A DNA stretch of 40,079 nt from positions 1 through 40,079 of IMG/VR virus record IMGVR_UViG_3300033407_000050, one strand, 5' to 3'. The position numbers and the translations under genes are program-made. This DNA comes from a virus. Its lineage: Duplodnaviria > Caudoviricetes. Under the pieces are notes generated by a model. The model searched no databases. It saw nothing but the letters and a program-made list of their open reading frames with translations, and was not told the DNA's origin. How positions within the stretch are numbered: position 1 is the stretch's first letter; each line of letters starts with the position of its first letter. Below are positions 26,796-34,288 of this stretch, in pieces.

Positions 26796-27063
26796 TGCCA
26801 GGAGCGACAAACCGAATCACTCCAATCGTCGGCAGCGGGTTCTCTTCATCGCTTCCGAGCATCTGAGTCGGTCGGCCGTAAGCTCGGTCCAGCAACGCGA
26901 CTGCCGCGTTTAGCTGAATTTGGTCGGTTTCGCCGGTCTCCATAAGGCGAGCAAGCTTCCTGATTGCACCCTCCCCATGCTCAGCGGCGGCGGCCTTTAT
27001 TTGAGCCGTAGACTTATTGGGAGTCCCTTTTTTACGCCCGCCTGTTTTCTTTCCTAATGCCAT
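26788..27063 (-). CDS. terS: Terminase small subunit
   Basis: GGRKKGTPNK and LLDRAYGRP motifs; overlaps the terL start. Confidence 0.75.
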   Translation of the reverse strand: MALGKKTGGRKKGTPNKSTAQIKAAAAEHGEGAIRKLARLMETGETDQIQLNAAVALLDRAYGRPTQMLGSDEENPLPTIGVIRFVAPGNE

Positions 27064-27083
27064 CTATTTGCATCTAGGTTAGA

Positions 27084-27290
27084 TCACTCAATCCAAGCGG
27101 CCCCACGCCTGTCTCCACTCGCCGAAGCCTTGCTCTTAAGCGTCGCCGCCGCGATGTCGCCCGGCTCCTTAATTGACTCGGCAACAGCCATCGCCCGCTC
27201 CTTGCTCTCGCAACCCTGCCGCTTGATCAGCCGCTGCAGCCCGCTCGGTCCGCGTCGCATCAAAACCGGGTAGTAGATCTCGCTCGCCAT
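27084..27290 (-). CDS. Hypothetical protein (68 aa)
   Basis: ORF with GAGG RBS downstream of a promoter-like region. Confidence 0.55.
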   Translation of the reverse strand: MASEIYYPVLMRRGPSGLQRLIKRQGCESKERAMAVAESIKEPGDIAAATLKSKASASGDRRGAAWIE

Positions 27291-27323
27291 AGACTCAACC
27301 TCTAGGCCAAGTGGCGGCCACCC

Positions 27324-27359
27324 GTCAACACTTAACGGTTAAGCCAATTCCGTAAATCC
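27324..27359 (-). promoter_or_regulatory. Candidate late promoter with palindrome
   Basis: CTTAACGGTTAAG (27331-27343) just upstream of TTGACG on the minus strand; CGTAAATCC also shared with 19331. Confidence 0.5.
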
Positions 27360-27463
27360 GCCGCTGCGCAAATATCTCAAATCCCCTGAGATCCTTGTAC
27401 CCCTTATCTCGCTACCAGCCAACGCCAAAATTCCGAGCTTGACAACCTGCCGGCCCCGAAGGC

Positions 27464-27667
27464 CTATCGAACGTAGTGAGATGGATGGGCCTCCAACGCC
27501 CTCCCAATCCTAGCCATCGCCCCCTCCTGCGCGATCTTCGCGGGCTCAGTCTTGCCTGACTCCCACTCCCAGTAGGTGCGGGCGGGGACTTCGAGCAGGG
27601 CCGCAAGCTCGTCCTGGGTGAGGGCGAGCGAGCGGCGGGCGGTTTTGAGTTGCTGGGCGAAGGTCAT
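27464..27667 (-). CDS. XRE-family HTH protein (67 aa)
   Basis: LKTARRSLALTQDELAALLEVPARTYWEWESGKTEP. Confidence 0.85.
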   Translation of the reverse strand: MTFAQQLKTARRSLALTQDELAALLEVPARTYWEWESGKTEPAKIAQEGAMARIGRALEAHPSHYVR

Positions 27668-27963
27668 ACGGGTTGGCTGTATTTTTCCCGGTACCAGTCC
27701 GGCGCGGATACGAACTGATCCGCCGTCAGATTTTCCGCCCGGTAGAGATTTTTGCCGCCTTGCGAGGCGTCCACATTATCCAGCCACGCGGGCATTATTA
27801 CACTGCTCGCGATACGCTTGGCGTCGAGGTGTGTGGCGTCGTCCGGTAAGCCGGTGACGGCGATTGTCATGCATCCATTGCGGTAGCCGGGCTTGGCTCC
27901 ATCTTGCTGGGGCATGAGGTTTCCGCCGCTGGCGAGTGAGTGCTTGAGTTTTATCGTTTTCAT
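27664..27963 (-). CDS. Hypothetical protein (99 aa) co-transcribed with the HTH gene
   Basis: AACCGAAAAACCGAAAT-ATG leader; ATGA overlap with the HTH gene. Confidence 0.7.
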   Translation of the reverse strand: MKTIKLKHSLASGGNLMPQQDGAKPGYRNGCMTIAVTGLPDDATHLDAKRIASSVIMPAWLDNVDASQGGKNLYRAENLTADQFVSAPDWYREKYSQPV

Positions 27964-28018
27964 ATTTCGGTTTTTCGGTTTCTCTCTCCAGGGCTCATCC
28001 CCTTCGATGCAACCACTC

Positions 28019-28067
28019 TCGCAGATTCAGCGAACGCCGTCAAGAACCTTTTTCGCAAAATCTGCGA
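28019..28067 (-). promoter_or_regulatory. Sigma70-like promoter flanked by two TCGC-N7-GCGA operators
   Basis: TCGCAGATTCAGCGA (28019-28033) and TCGCAAAATCTGCGA (28053-28067) on either side of TTGACG (28038-28043, minus). Confidence 0.65.
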
Positions 28068-28078
28068 TTTATTTTGAT

Positions 28079-28258
28079 TCAAGACTTCGCCTTCTTCTTC
28101 GGCAGCGCTCTGATTGCAAGCTCAGCCTCCCTGCCGATCTTCGCGGCCCCGCTTTCGCGACGGACCACGGTTTCCCGAGCGACCCCGAGGAGAGCGGCAA
28201 GCTCGGGTTGTTCGTACCCGAGCTTGCCGCGAAATTGGCGGTATTCGATATTAGTCAT
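28079..28258 (-). CDS. Small HTH protein (59 aa)
   Basis: RGKLGYEQPELAALLGVARETVVRRESG; ATG at 28258. Confidence 0.75.
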   Translation of the reverse strand: MTNIEYRQFRGKLGYEQPELAALLGVARETVVRRESGAAKIGREAELAIRALPKKKAKS

Positions 28259-28439
28259 TAGCCTCCTCGAACGCATCGGGATTTCCAGCCCTGATTGTGT
28301 TGTAGCTCGATTCGGTGATCTCGCCAGCGCCTCCAGTCTCTCGAACCCCATCGGCTGCCGACTCGCGTGCGTCTGGTTCGCTGCCGTCGCGAAACAGCCG
28401 GGACGCGATACGCGAATCGATCTTTGCCGCGATGTCCAT
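28251..28439 (-). CDS. Hypothetical protein (62 aa)
   Basis: Overlap-coupled at both ends. Confidence 0.45.
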   Translation of the reverse strand: MDIAAKIDSRIASRLFRDGSEPDARESAADGVRETGGAGEITESSYNTIRAGNPDAFEEAND

Positions 28440-29086
28440 TACCCTATGGTCCGCGTTATAAAGTAGGATTTCCTTAAAAGATTCACCTTATGCGGTTCCA
28501 CTAATTCCCAAGCCGGGTGAGTCTGAGCTAGAAGAGATAATGGATTCCCGACCTGAATACAATTATCATCCCATTCGTGCATGCCGTCGCCTTCGGACAT
28601 ATAGATTAATGATTCCACCGGGTCCCAGCTTTTATTAACGATGTAATCCGCAATCTCTTCCGCCTTTTCGCGATCATAAATTGAGTATGGGTTTCGCAAG
28701 TACGGGTACCAGCTATGTAGAGCGCTTTTGACAGCCCCCGTGAAATAAAATAGAGCGCCCGCTGGAATCCTTACAATCGAATCTACTAAATCGGATTCCA
28801 AGATCTCAGCATCCCTCTTCTCGTCTTGCTCTGGATCGTGCCATTCCTTGCCGTCAATCTCGACCGTCACCTTGCCCCAGCAATCCATGAGAAAATCCAA
28901 ACGCCTGCGACCAACCCAAACTTGTTGCCTGTATTCGAGGTCGTGTTTGTTCATTTCGTGCACGAAAGCCCTTTCCGCTGGAGACTCGCACATCTCAAAA
29001 GATCCCCGTTTCTTTAAAAGGGATTCCATGATGTCGAACTTATTAAAATTAAACGCTTCCATTTGATCGTCGCTGATATCAACCAA
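28439..29086 (-). CDS. DUF559/Vsr-like endonuclease-domain protein (215 aa)
   Basis: ESPAE, Q..VG.RRLDF, VEIDGKEWH and D.KRD motifs; lower GC. Confidence 0.78.
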   Translation of the reverse strand: MVDISDDQMEAFNFNKFDIMESLLKKRGSFEMCESPAERAFVHEMNKHDLEYRQQVWVGRRRLDFLMDCWGKVTVEIDGKEWHDPEQDEKRDAEILESDLVDSIVRIPAGALFYFTGAVKSALHSWYPYLRNPYSIYDREKAEEIADYIVNKSWDPVESLIYMSEGDGMHEWDDNCIQVGNPLSLLAQTHPAWELVEPHKVNLLRKSYFITRTIG

Positions 29087-29759
29087 ACCTCAAAACCTCG
29101 CAATGCTCGCTCAACCTCCGAGCAATCGCCCCACCTCGCTCGTGCCCATACTTTACATACATCCGCTTCGCCCCGTAGTTGGTCGTCACGATCATCGGCA
29201 GCCCCTTGACGCATCGCTTGTCGATCAGGGACAGCATCCACGCCTGCACCCGGTCGCGCTGGCTGGCGTTGACCTCCTCCTGTCCTAGGTCGTCGATCAC
29301 GAGGCATCGGGCATCGCTAAGGGCGTCGATGAATTTGCGCGCCTCGTCAACGCCGTACTCGACCTCCTCACAGATCCGGCCTGCCAAGTCCTGCGCCGTC
29401 CACCAATCCACATTTAAGCGGTCATGGGTCATTAGCCGCTGGACCAAGGCGAAGGCCGATCGCGTCTTGCCGCCGCCGTGCTCGCCGACAAGCAGCAAGC
29501 CCTTCGGCCCGTATCGCCAGCCGACCACCGCCGCGCATTGAGCGCGGGTGGCTTCGAGTTTGGAATGGGCGATGTCGAAATCGACGACGCCCGGGTATCG
29601 CTCTCGCAGCCGTCTCGCTCTCGCCGCTCTAGTGGCGTCCAAGGCCCTCGCGGTATACTCGGCTTGGACTTGCGCCCAATCGACGGAAATCGGCCCATCG
29701 GGGGCGTCGAAATCGGGCAGTTGGCTAGAAAGCGTCTTTGTAGTTTCCGGGTCGTGCAT
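29079..29759 (-). CDS. DnaC/IstB-like AAA+ ATPase (helicase loader)
   Basis: GEHGGGKT Walker A, LVIDDLG Walker B, IVTTN and IARRL.E motifs. Confidence 0.88.
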   Translation of the reverse strand: MHDPETTKTLSSQLPDFDAPDGPISVDWAQVQAEYTARALDATRAARARRLRERYPGVVDFDIAHSKLEATRAQCAAVVGWRYGPKGLLLVGEHGGGKTRSAFALVQRLMTHDRLNVDWWTAQDLAGRICEEVEYGVDEARKFIDALSDARCLVIDDLGQEEVNASQRDRVQAWMLSLIDKRCVKGLPMIVTTNYGAKRMYVKYGHERGGAIARRLSEHCEVLRFG

Positions 29760-30471
29760 TGTGGCTGTGGTCCGTGCTCCATCTTTGTCCGTTTTGGGCC
29801 TTGGCGAGCCATGCGTTTATGTGGCGAGTCATTCCGCCGACGGTTTTGCGTTTCTGCGGGTTGCCGACGTTCCAGCCTGCGCAGTTCCGCAATTCGGCTC
29901 GCACGTCGATGCCTGGGTAGTAGGTTTCGAAGCCCTTGATTTGGTTTTCAGTGACCGGATACGGCTTAGCGCCCCTACCCACAGTTGGAATTTCGATGAA
30001 AACCGGGTTGTCTGGTTGCTTGGATGCTGGCTCGCCCAGCTCCGAGCTATCCTCGTCTCCGTCTCCGAAACTCGTCTCCGTCTCCGAGCGCGGATGTCCG
30101 GCGCATGACGGGCGCATGTCTGACAAATGCCCGTCAATCGTCTCGCATTCGCCCGGATTGGGAAACTTGCTATCTTTCGCCCGAGTGCGTTGGTTGAAGT
30201 TGGCGATTTCAATAAACTCGCGTCCGCGCCTGTCTTGGTAGAGTGCCAGAAGTCCGGCAGTCGTACACTCGTCGCGCCATTTGCGGACCGCCTGTAGGCG
30301 CACGTCGGCAAGTAGCGGGAATAGCGCGGCTTTGAGCAAACGCTCGTCGCCATGAAATCGGCCGTAGTCGTCGGCCTTCATGATCAGCCGGACGAAGAAT
30401 CGCTCGCCCTCAGGTGACAAGTCAGCCAAGGGAAGGGAATCGGTCCAGTCTCGTAAAATTCGTGTGGGCAT
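29725..30471 (-). CDS. Phage replication initiator (248 aa)
   Basis: ADDYGR N-terminal motif, YPGIDV..EL...W C-domain; directly upstream of the DnaC-like gene. Confidence 0.8.
   Translation of the reverse strand: MPTRILRDWTDSLPLADLSPEGERFFVRLIMKADDYGRFHGDERLLKAALFPLLADVRLQAVRKWRDECTTAGLLALYQDRRGREFIEIANFNQRTRAKDSKFPNPGECETIDGHLSDMRPSCAGHPRSETETSFGDGDEDSSELGEPASKQPDNPVFIEIPTVGRGAKPYPVTENQIKGFETYYPGIDVRAELRNCAGWNVGNPQKRKTVGGMTRHINAWLAKAQNGQRWSTDHSHNARPGNYKDAF
30052..30133. repeat. Candidate replication-origin iterons inside the initiator gene
   Basis: CTCGTCTCCGTCTCCGA x2 (30052, 30071) and four degenerate 11-mers from 30090. Confidence 0.5.
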
Positions 30472-30474
30472 ATC

Positions 30475-30636
30475 TCAGTCTCTCGAAATAAAGTAAAAGC
30501 ACGTCCCACCCCTCGACTCCTTGGTGCACGGCCAAACCTTGCACTTCCCAGCCGGCGGGCTCTTGCGGGCGCATCGCGAGGCCAGCGGGCAGTTGAGGCC
30601 CTGGCAGCGGAAGTAGGTTTCGGGGAGGGGTGTCAT
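30475..30636 (-). CDS. Small Cys-rich protein (53 aa, MTPLPETYFRCQGLNCPLASRC...)
   Basis: Hand-translated; ATGA overlap with the MTase stop. Confidence 0.6.
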   Translation of the reverse strand: MTPLPETYFRCQGLNCPLASRCARKSPPAGKCKVWPCTKESRGGTCFYFISRD

Positions 30637-31589
30637 AGAGCTAGCGCTTCCTCGCAGGCTTGGATGAATTGCGCGGCGAGTTCCGGCACGATCGCATTGC
30701 CGTAGCCCCGCAAGAGCCCCACTCTGCCGGGTACCCCATCAGCCAGCGGGAATGTTCCGGGTTCAACACGCCGCGCTTTCCCGTCGGTGCAGGGGAGTAG
30801 GTCGAGGGAATCCCAAGAGTTGCCTCGCAGTTGAGCGGGAGACTGTTGCGTCGAAACTGCGATGGGCCTGCGTTGTTCGTTGAGTCCTGCACAGTCGGCG
30901 TCGCCCAGCCTGCCAACTCCACCGTCTTGCGGCTGCTGTCGTTGTTGCCCGCCTCGCTGTTGCCGTTGCGAGCAGGGGTTCCCGCCATTGGCGTTGGCCA
31001 GCCGGCTAACTCGCTCGCTACTGCAAGGCATGAGTTGCGCCCTCCCCTCTCCCTTGTTCCGAGTCCCGGTTTCTTGGAGTCGTGTGTTGTTGGCGTAGGC
31101 CACCCAGAACAATCGCTGTCTGATATGCGGCGCGCCGACGCTCGCAGCGCACAGATCGGCGACCCCGACTGCATATCCCAGCTCTTCCACTTGAGCGCGT
31201 ACTCCGGAGAGCCATCCACGTCCAGCCTTGCTCGCAACCTGCTCTCCAAAGACGACTGCAGGCCGGCACTCGTCAATGAGATCGCGGAAGACCGGCCAAA
31301 GGTGGCGCTCGTCGGCCTCGCCCTTTCCTTTTCCCGCCACGCTGAAAGGCTGGCACGGACAAGAGCCCGACCATACCTCCCGATCCCTTGGCCACCCTGC
31401 AAGCTGGAGAGCCAGCGGCCAGCCTCCAATGCCTGCGAAGAAATGACATTGCCGGTATTCCACAAGGTCAGTTGCTCGCACGTCGGCGATGCTTCTAGTG
31501 TCAATGTCTCCATTTGGTATCAGTCCCGCGTTTATTAGTTCCTGCAGCCATGCGGCGGCTTTGGTGTCGAATTCGTTGTAGTAGTTCAT
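30633..31589 (-). CDS. C5-cytosine DNA methyltransferase, alpha-type chain (318 aa)
   Basis: FFAGIGG (I), SCPCQPFS (IV), EQV (VI), PHIRQRLF (VIII), GYGNAIVP (X); no motif IX in this frame. Confidence 0.9.
   Translation of the reverse strand: MNYYNEFDTKAAAWLQELINAGLIPNGDIDTRSIADVRATDLVEYRQCHFFAGIGGWPLALQLAGWPRDREVWSGSCPCQPFSVAGKGKGEADERHLWPVFRDLIDECRPAVVFGEQVASKAGRGWLSGVRAQVEELGYAVGVADLCAASVGAPHIRQRLFWVAYANNTRLQETGTRNKGEGRAQLMPCSSERVSRLANANGGNPCSQRQQRGGQQRQQPQDGGVGRLGDADCAGLNEQRRPIAVSTQQSPAQLRGNSWDSLDLLPCTDGKARRVEPGTFPLADGVPGRVGLLRGYGNAIVPELAAQFIQACEEALAL
30641..31513 (-). CDS. Nested alternative-frame beta-type chain of the C5 MTase (up to 290 aa)
   Basis: Stop-free over 873 nt; three W(P/A)TP repeats and motif-IX-like LNPEHSRWLMGYPAEW. 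Confidence 0.72.
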   Translation of the reverse strand: METLTLEASPTCEQLTLWNTGNVISSQALEAGRWLSSLQGGQGIGRYGRALVRASLSAWREKERARPTSATFGRSSAISLTSAGLQSSLESRLRARLDVDGSPEYALKWKSWDMQSGSPICALRASARRISDSDCSGWPTPTTHDSKKPGLGTRERGGRNSCLAVASELAGWPTPMAGTPARNGNSEAGNNDSSRKTVELAGWATPTVQDSTNNAGPSQFRRNSLPLNCEATLGIPSTYSPAPTGKRGVLNPEHSRWLMGYPAEWGSCGATAMRSCRNSPRNSSKPARKR

Positions 31590-31756
31590 GCCGCCCCAAT
31601 CTCCCGCCGATGCTCCGCAACCTGTGTGCAGCCCTCGCGATGCCCGAGATAGTAGGCCTTCGCGTCGTCGCTGCCGCGTGGATACGGGTTGGTTCCAAAC
31701 GGTTCGGCTCCGGTGTCCCATGCGTGGCAGAGGCCTTGATGGTAGGGTGCGTTCAC
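31586..31756 (-). CDS. Rmf-like small protein (56 aa)
   Basis: Hand-translated MNAPYHQG...NPYPRGSDDAKAYYLGHREG; GTGA/ATGA overlaps at both ends. Confidence 0.55.
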   Translation of the reverse strand: MNAPYHQGLCHAWDTGAEPFGTNPYPRGSDDAKAYYLGHREGCTQVAEHRREIGAA

Positions 31757-31959
31757 TTCCCCATCCCCCTAAAGCAGTCATCCAAATCCGGTTGTCTCCA
31801 CCGCAAAATAAACGGCGGCAGATTAGGCGCGAGCTGCTCGGCATGCCCCTTGTGGACCCATGCGACGCCGATCTTTTCCCATGGCGAGTTGACGAGGCTG
31901 TCGGCGCATTGGCGGTATAGGTCGCATGCGTTGTTGGCGCAGTAGGTGCGGGGTGTCAT
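31753..31959 (-). CDS. Small Cys-rich protein (68 aa)
   Basis: C-x4-C-x5-C pattern; overlap-coupled. Confidence 0.65.
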   Translation of the reverse strand: MTPRTYCANNACDLYRQCADSLVNSPWEKIGVAWVHKGHAEQLAPNLPPFILRWRQPDLDDCFRGMGK

Positions 31960-32264
31960 AGCCAGTTCACCTCCGCGTAGCCTTCGAGCTTCCGCCAGAT
32001 CGCTAAATTCAAAACCGCCTCACGCTCAGTGCGACCGTAGCAGCATTCGCCGTCATACGTCGCCTCATCCAGATCTTTGTTATTATTATGCTTCGCGTAG
32101 TAGTAGTGATCGTCGTCGCTATCTGGATACTTGCCGTGTTCCTCCGCAACCTGACTGTCTGGATAATCTTTGCGAAAATCGCCGGTCACGATCTGGTAAC
32201 GCTCCACAAACCGCAGATATGGCGAGAGCTGGACGGCTTCGGGGAATAGGTCTGGTTGTGTCAT
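31956..32264 (-). CDS. Hypothetical protein (102 aa)
   Basis: Overlap-coupled ORF. Confidence 0.7.
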   Translation of the reverse strand: MTQPDLFPEAVQLSPYLRFVERYQIVTGDFRKDYPDSQVAEEHGKYPDSDDDHYYYAKHNNNKDLDEATYDGECCYGRTEREAVLNLAIWRKLEGYAEVNWL

Positions 32265-32632
32265 TCCGCCTTCCTCCTCGCCGCCGCTACGAACCGCTCC
32301 AGCTCCCCAAGTGTCGGCTCGCAGCTCCCGAAAATAGTATAGAACAAATTCGCCAACGCGCTGCCATCGCGACCAGCCTCACGGGAGAGCTGCTTTAGCG
32401 CTCCCGCTCCCAGTCGTTGCCCGTCGCGCATCCGCTGCAGCAACTCCTCATAGAGCGGCAAATCGCGCAAGGTAGGCTCCCTTCGAAGGCGCGTTACCCG
32501 CGTCTCGATATTATCCCGGCGCGGCGTGTTGAGAGCGGCGCGGACCATGGCGGCGGATAGGCCGCACAAGCGCAGGATGGGGTTCGGCTCGCGGGCGATT
32601 TCGGCTCGTTGGGTTAGGTTTAGGTTGGTCAT
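32261..32632 (-). CDS. Hypothetical basic protein (123 aa)
   Basis: ATG at 32632 overlaps the MTase stop. Confidence 0.6.
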   Translation of the reverse strand: MTNLNLTQRAEIAREPNPILRLCGLSAAMVRAALNTPRRDNIETRVTRLRREPTLRDLPLYEELLQRMRDGQRLGAGALKQLSREAGRDGSALANLFYTIFGSCEPTLGELERFVAAARRKAE

Positions 32633-33282
32633 AGCGCTAGCACTTCTTGGGCGCATCTTCGTGCTGCTATCTCGCAGTAGCGCTCCTCGCGTTCGATGAG
32701 CGTGCATTTCTTACCGAGGTCTTTGGCGGCACGGCCTGTTGTGCCAGAGCCTGCGAAGGGGTCGAGGATGGTGGATACGTCGCCCGCGAGGCTGATGCAC
32801 CACGCGATTACATCGAGGGGCTTCTGTGTCGGGTGCTCGCGGAATTCGCCACCCTTGCGGAGCATGCCGTTCCAGAGGTGGCGTTTGATCCGTAAGGCAG
32901 ATCCAAGGTTATTCCAAGCCATTTCACCGTCTGCGAAATCACCTGTGTTTTCTTTGTCCCAAACTAGCGGACCTTTGCATGGTGGTAGACTATAGTAATT
33001 TCCACCCCAAATGATCTGCTTAACACAGACAGAGCGAATCAACTCTATCGTAGCTGGATCAATGGGGGTTTGATCCCAGTTGTATTCTCCATAGTCTCGC
33101 ACATAGGCTTTCCCTTTCGAAAAAACAGAGCCCCGACCTCTTGTTGCGTTCTTTTTGGAGCTTTCACCAATCCCATACGGCGGATCAGTCAGCAGCAAAT
33201 CGAAGCGCCCGAGCTGCGGAACGATCTCCCTGCAATCGCCGCAATACAGCGTGACCGCATCATCCTGATAATAAGGCCTCAT
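32629..33282 (-). CDS. Beta-class N6-adenine/N4-cytosine DNA methyltransferase (217 aa)
   Basis: DPPY precedes HPTQKP and DPFAGSGTT. Confidence 0.92.
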   Translation of the reverse strand: MRPYYQDDAVTLYCGDCREIVPQLGRFDLLLTDPPYGIGESSKKNATRGRGSVFSKGKAYVRDYGEYNWDQTPIDPATIELIRSVCVKQIIWGGNYYSLPPCKGPLVWDKENTGDFADGEMAWNNLGSALRIKRHLWNGMLRKGGEFREHPTQKPLDVIAWCISLAGDVSTILDPFAGSGTTGRAAKDLGKKCTLIEREERYCEIAARRCAQEVLAL

Positions 33283-33488
33283 ACTCCAATCCCTCCCTGA
33301 ATTTCCACCTTCACCGCATCCTTTATCTCCCCCCACAACTCCAGAGCGTCAGCCACCGGAGCGAAGTCCACGCCGTCATATTCGACGCTTTCGATTTCGA
33401 TCTCCTCTTCAATGGGAGGCTCGGCGTATTGGTAGGGGTGGTAGGTGGCTTGCACGTCGAGGGGGATGCCTTTTAGGTTGATTGTCAT
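33279..33488 (-). CDS. Small acidic protein (69 aa)
   Basis: Overlap-coupled ORF. Confidence 0.65.
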   Translation of the reverse strand: MTINLKGIPLDVQATYHPYQYAEPPIEEEIEIESVEYDGVDFAPVADALELWGEIKDAVKVEIQGGIGV

Positions 33489-33775
33489 GGGTGGTCGTTG
33501 TCCTCTGTAATTCCGTCCAAAATCTCATCGACGATGCTCAGGTCATGCGCTCCAGAGTTCCAACGGGCCACAGCCTTTTCTCTGCCGACGCCGGTCGCTA
33601 TTCTGCCGCAGATTTGGCAGCATACTGCGTAAAGGTATGGATCGCCGAAATTATACTCCATCACGTAGATCTCGGGCTGATCCTCAATAGCTAGTTCCTT
33701 TGGGTTAGCTCCACATTGCGAGCACTCTGCGAGGTATAATCCAAATAAGTCGGGGTCTTTTATAATCCTATCCAT
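33485..33775 (-). CDS. Lar-like restriction alleviation protein (96 aa)
   Basis: CxxCG...CxxC...AVARWN pattern. Confidence 0.65.
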   Translation of the reverse strand: MDRIIKDPDLFGLYLAECSQCGANPKELAIEDQPEIYVMEYNFGDPYLYAVCCQICGRIATGVGREKAVARWNSGAHDLSIVDEILDGITEDNDHP

Positions 33776-33956
33776 TTGTATTGTGGTTTAAATTCTTTAA
33801 AATCGTGACACCGCCTTTTGAACTCGGCAGCGTAATAATATTCTCCGGTCGTGTAGAGGCGTGGCTTGTGGCCCTTCGCGCAGAGGACGGCGGTTCTGAA
33901 ATCCGGGGCGAAGTGCTCGCAGTTGCCGCATAGGGAGGCTTGCGGGGTGGGTTCAT
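33760..33956 (-). pseudogene. Small Cys/His protein with an apparent frameshift just after ATG
   Basis: The coupled ATG at 33956 is out of frame with the protein-like LCGNCEHF...C.KGHKPR...RRCHDF frame. Confidence 0.45.
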
Positions 33957-34288
33957 GCCAGAAACCCTCCGACAATCCCGATCCACACGGCATGCATCGC
34001 TTGATCGACAAATAACGGCCCCATCGGCCATTGCTCGGGGGTTGTCTGCTTTATAAGCCTCATCCATTTGAGGTGCAGAGCGAACCGATCCTGCAGCCAG
34101 TGCTGTCCGACAATGAGGGCGAATTGCCACCATGCCAGATCTCCAAATACAGAGAGAAGGATAAACGGGACTGAGTACGCGGCCACATGCGCCGAGCACA
34201 CGAACGACGATTGAGCCTTCCGTTGCATCCAGTGGTTTTGCAGCAGGAAGTCCCCCACTAGGTGTGTGATTAGTAGTTGTGCTACCAT
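33953..34288 (-). CDS. DUF3307-like membrane protein (111 aa)
   Basis: HLVGDFLLQ, H...Y, HWLQD and DQAMH motifs. Confidence 0.8.
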   Translation of the reverse strand: MVAQLLITHLVGDFLLQNHWMQRKAQSSFVCSAHVAAYSVPFILLSVFGDLAWWQFALIVGQHWLQDRFALHLKWMRLIKQTTPEQWPMGPLFVDQAMHAVWIGIVGGFLA

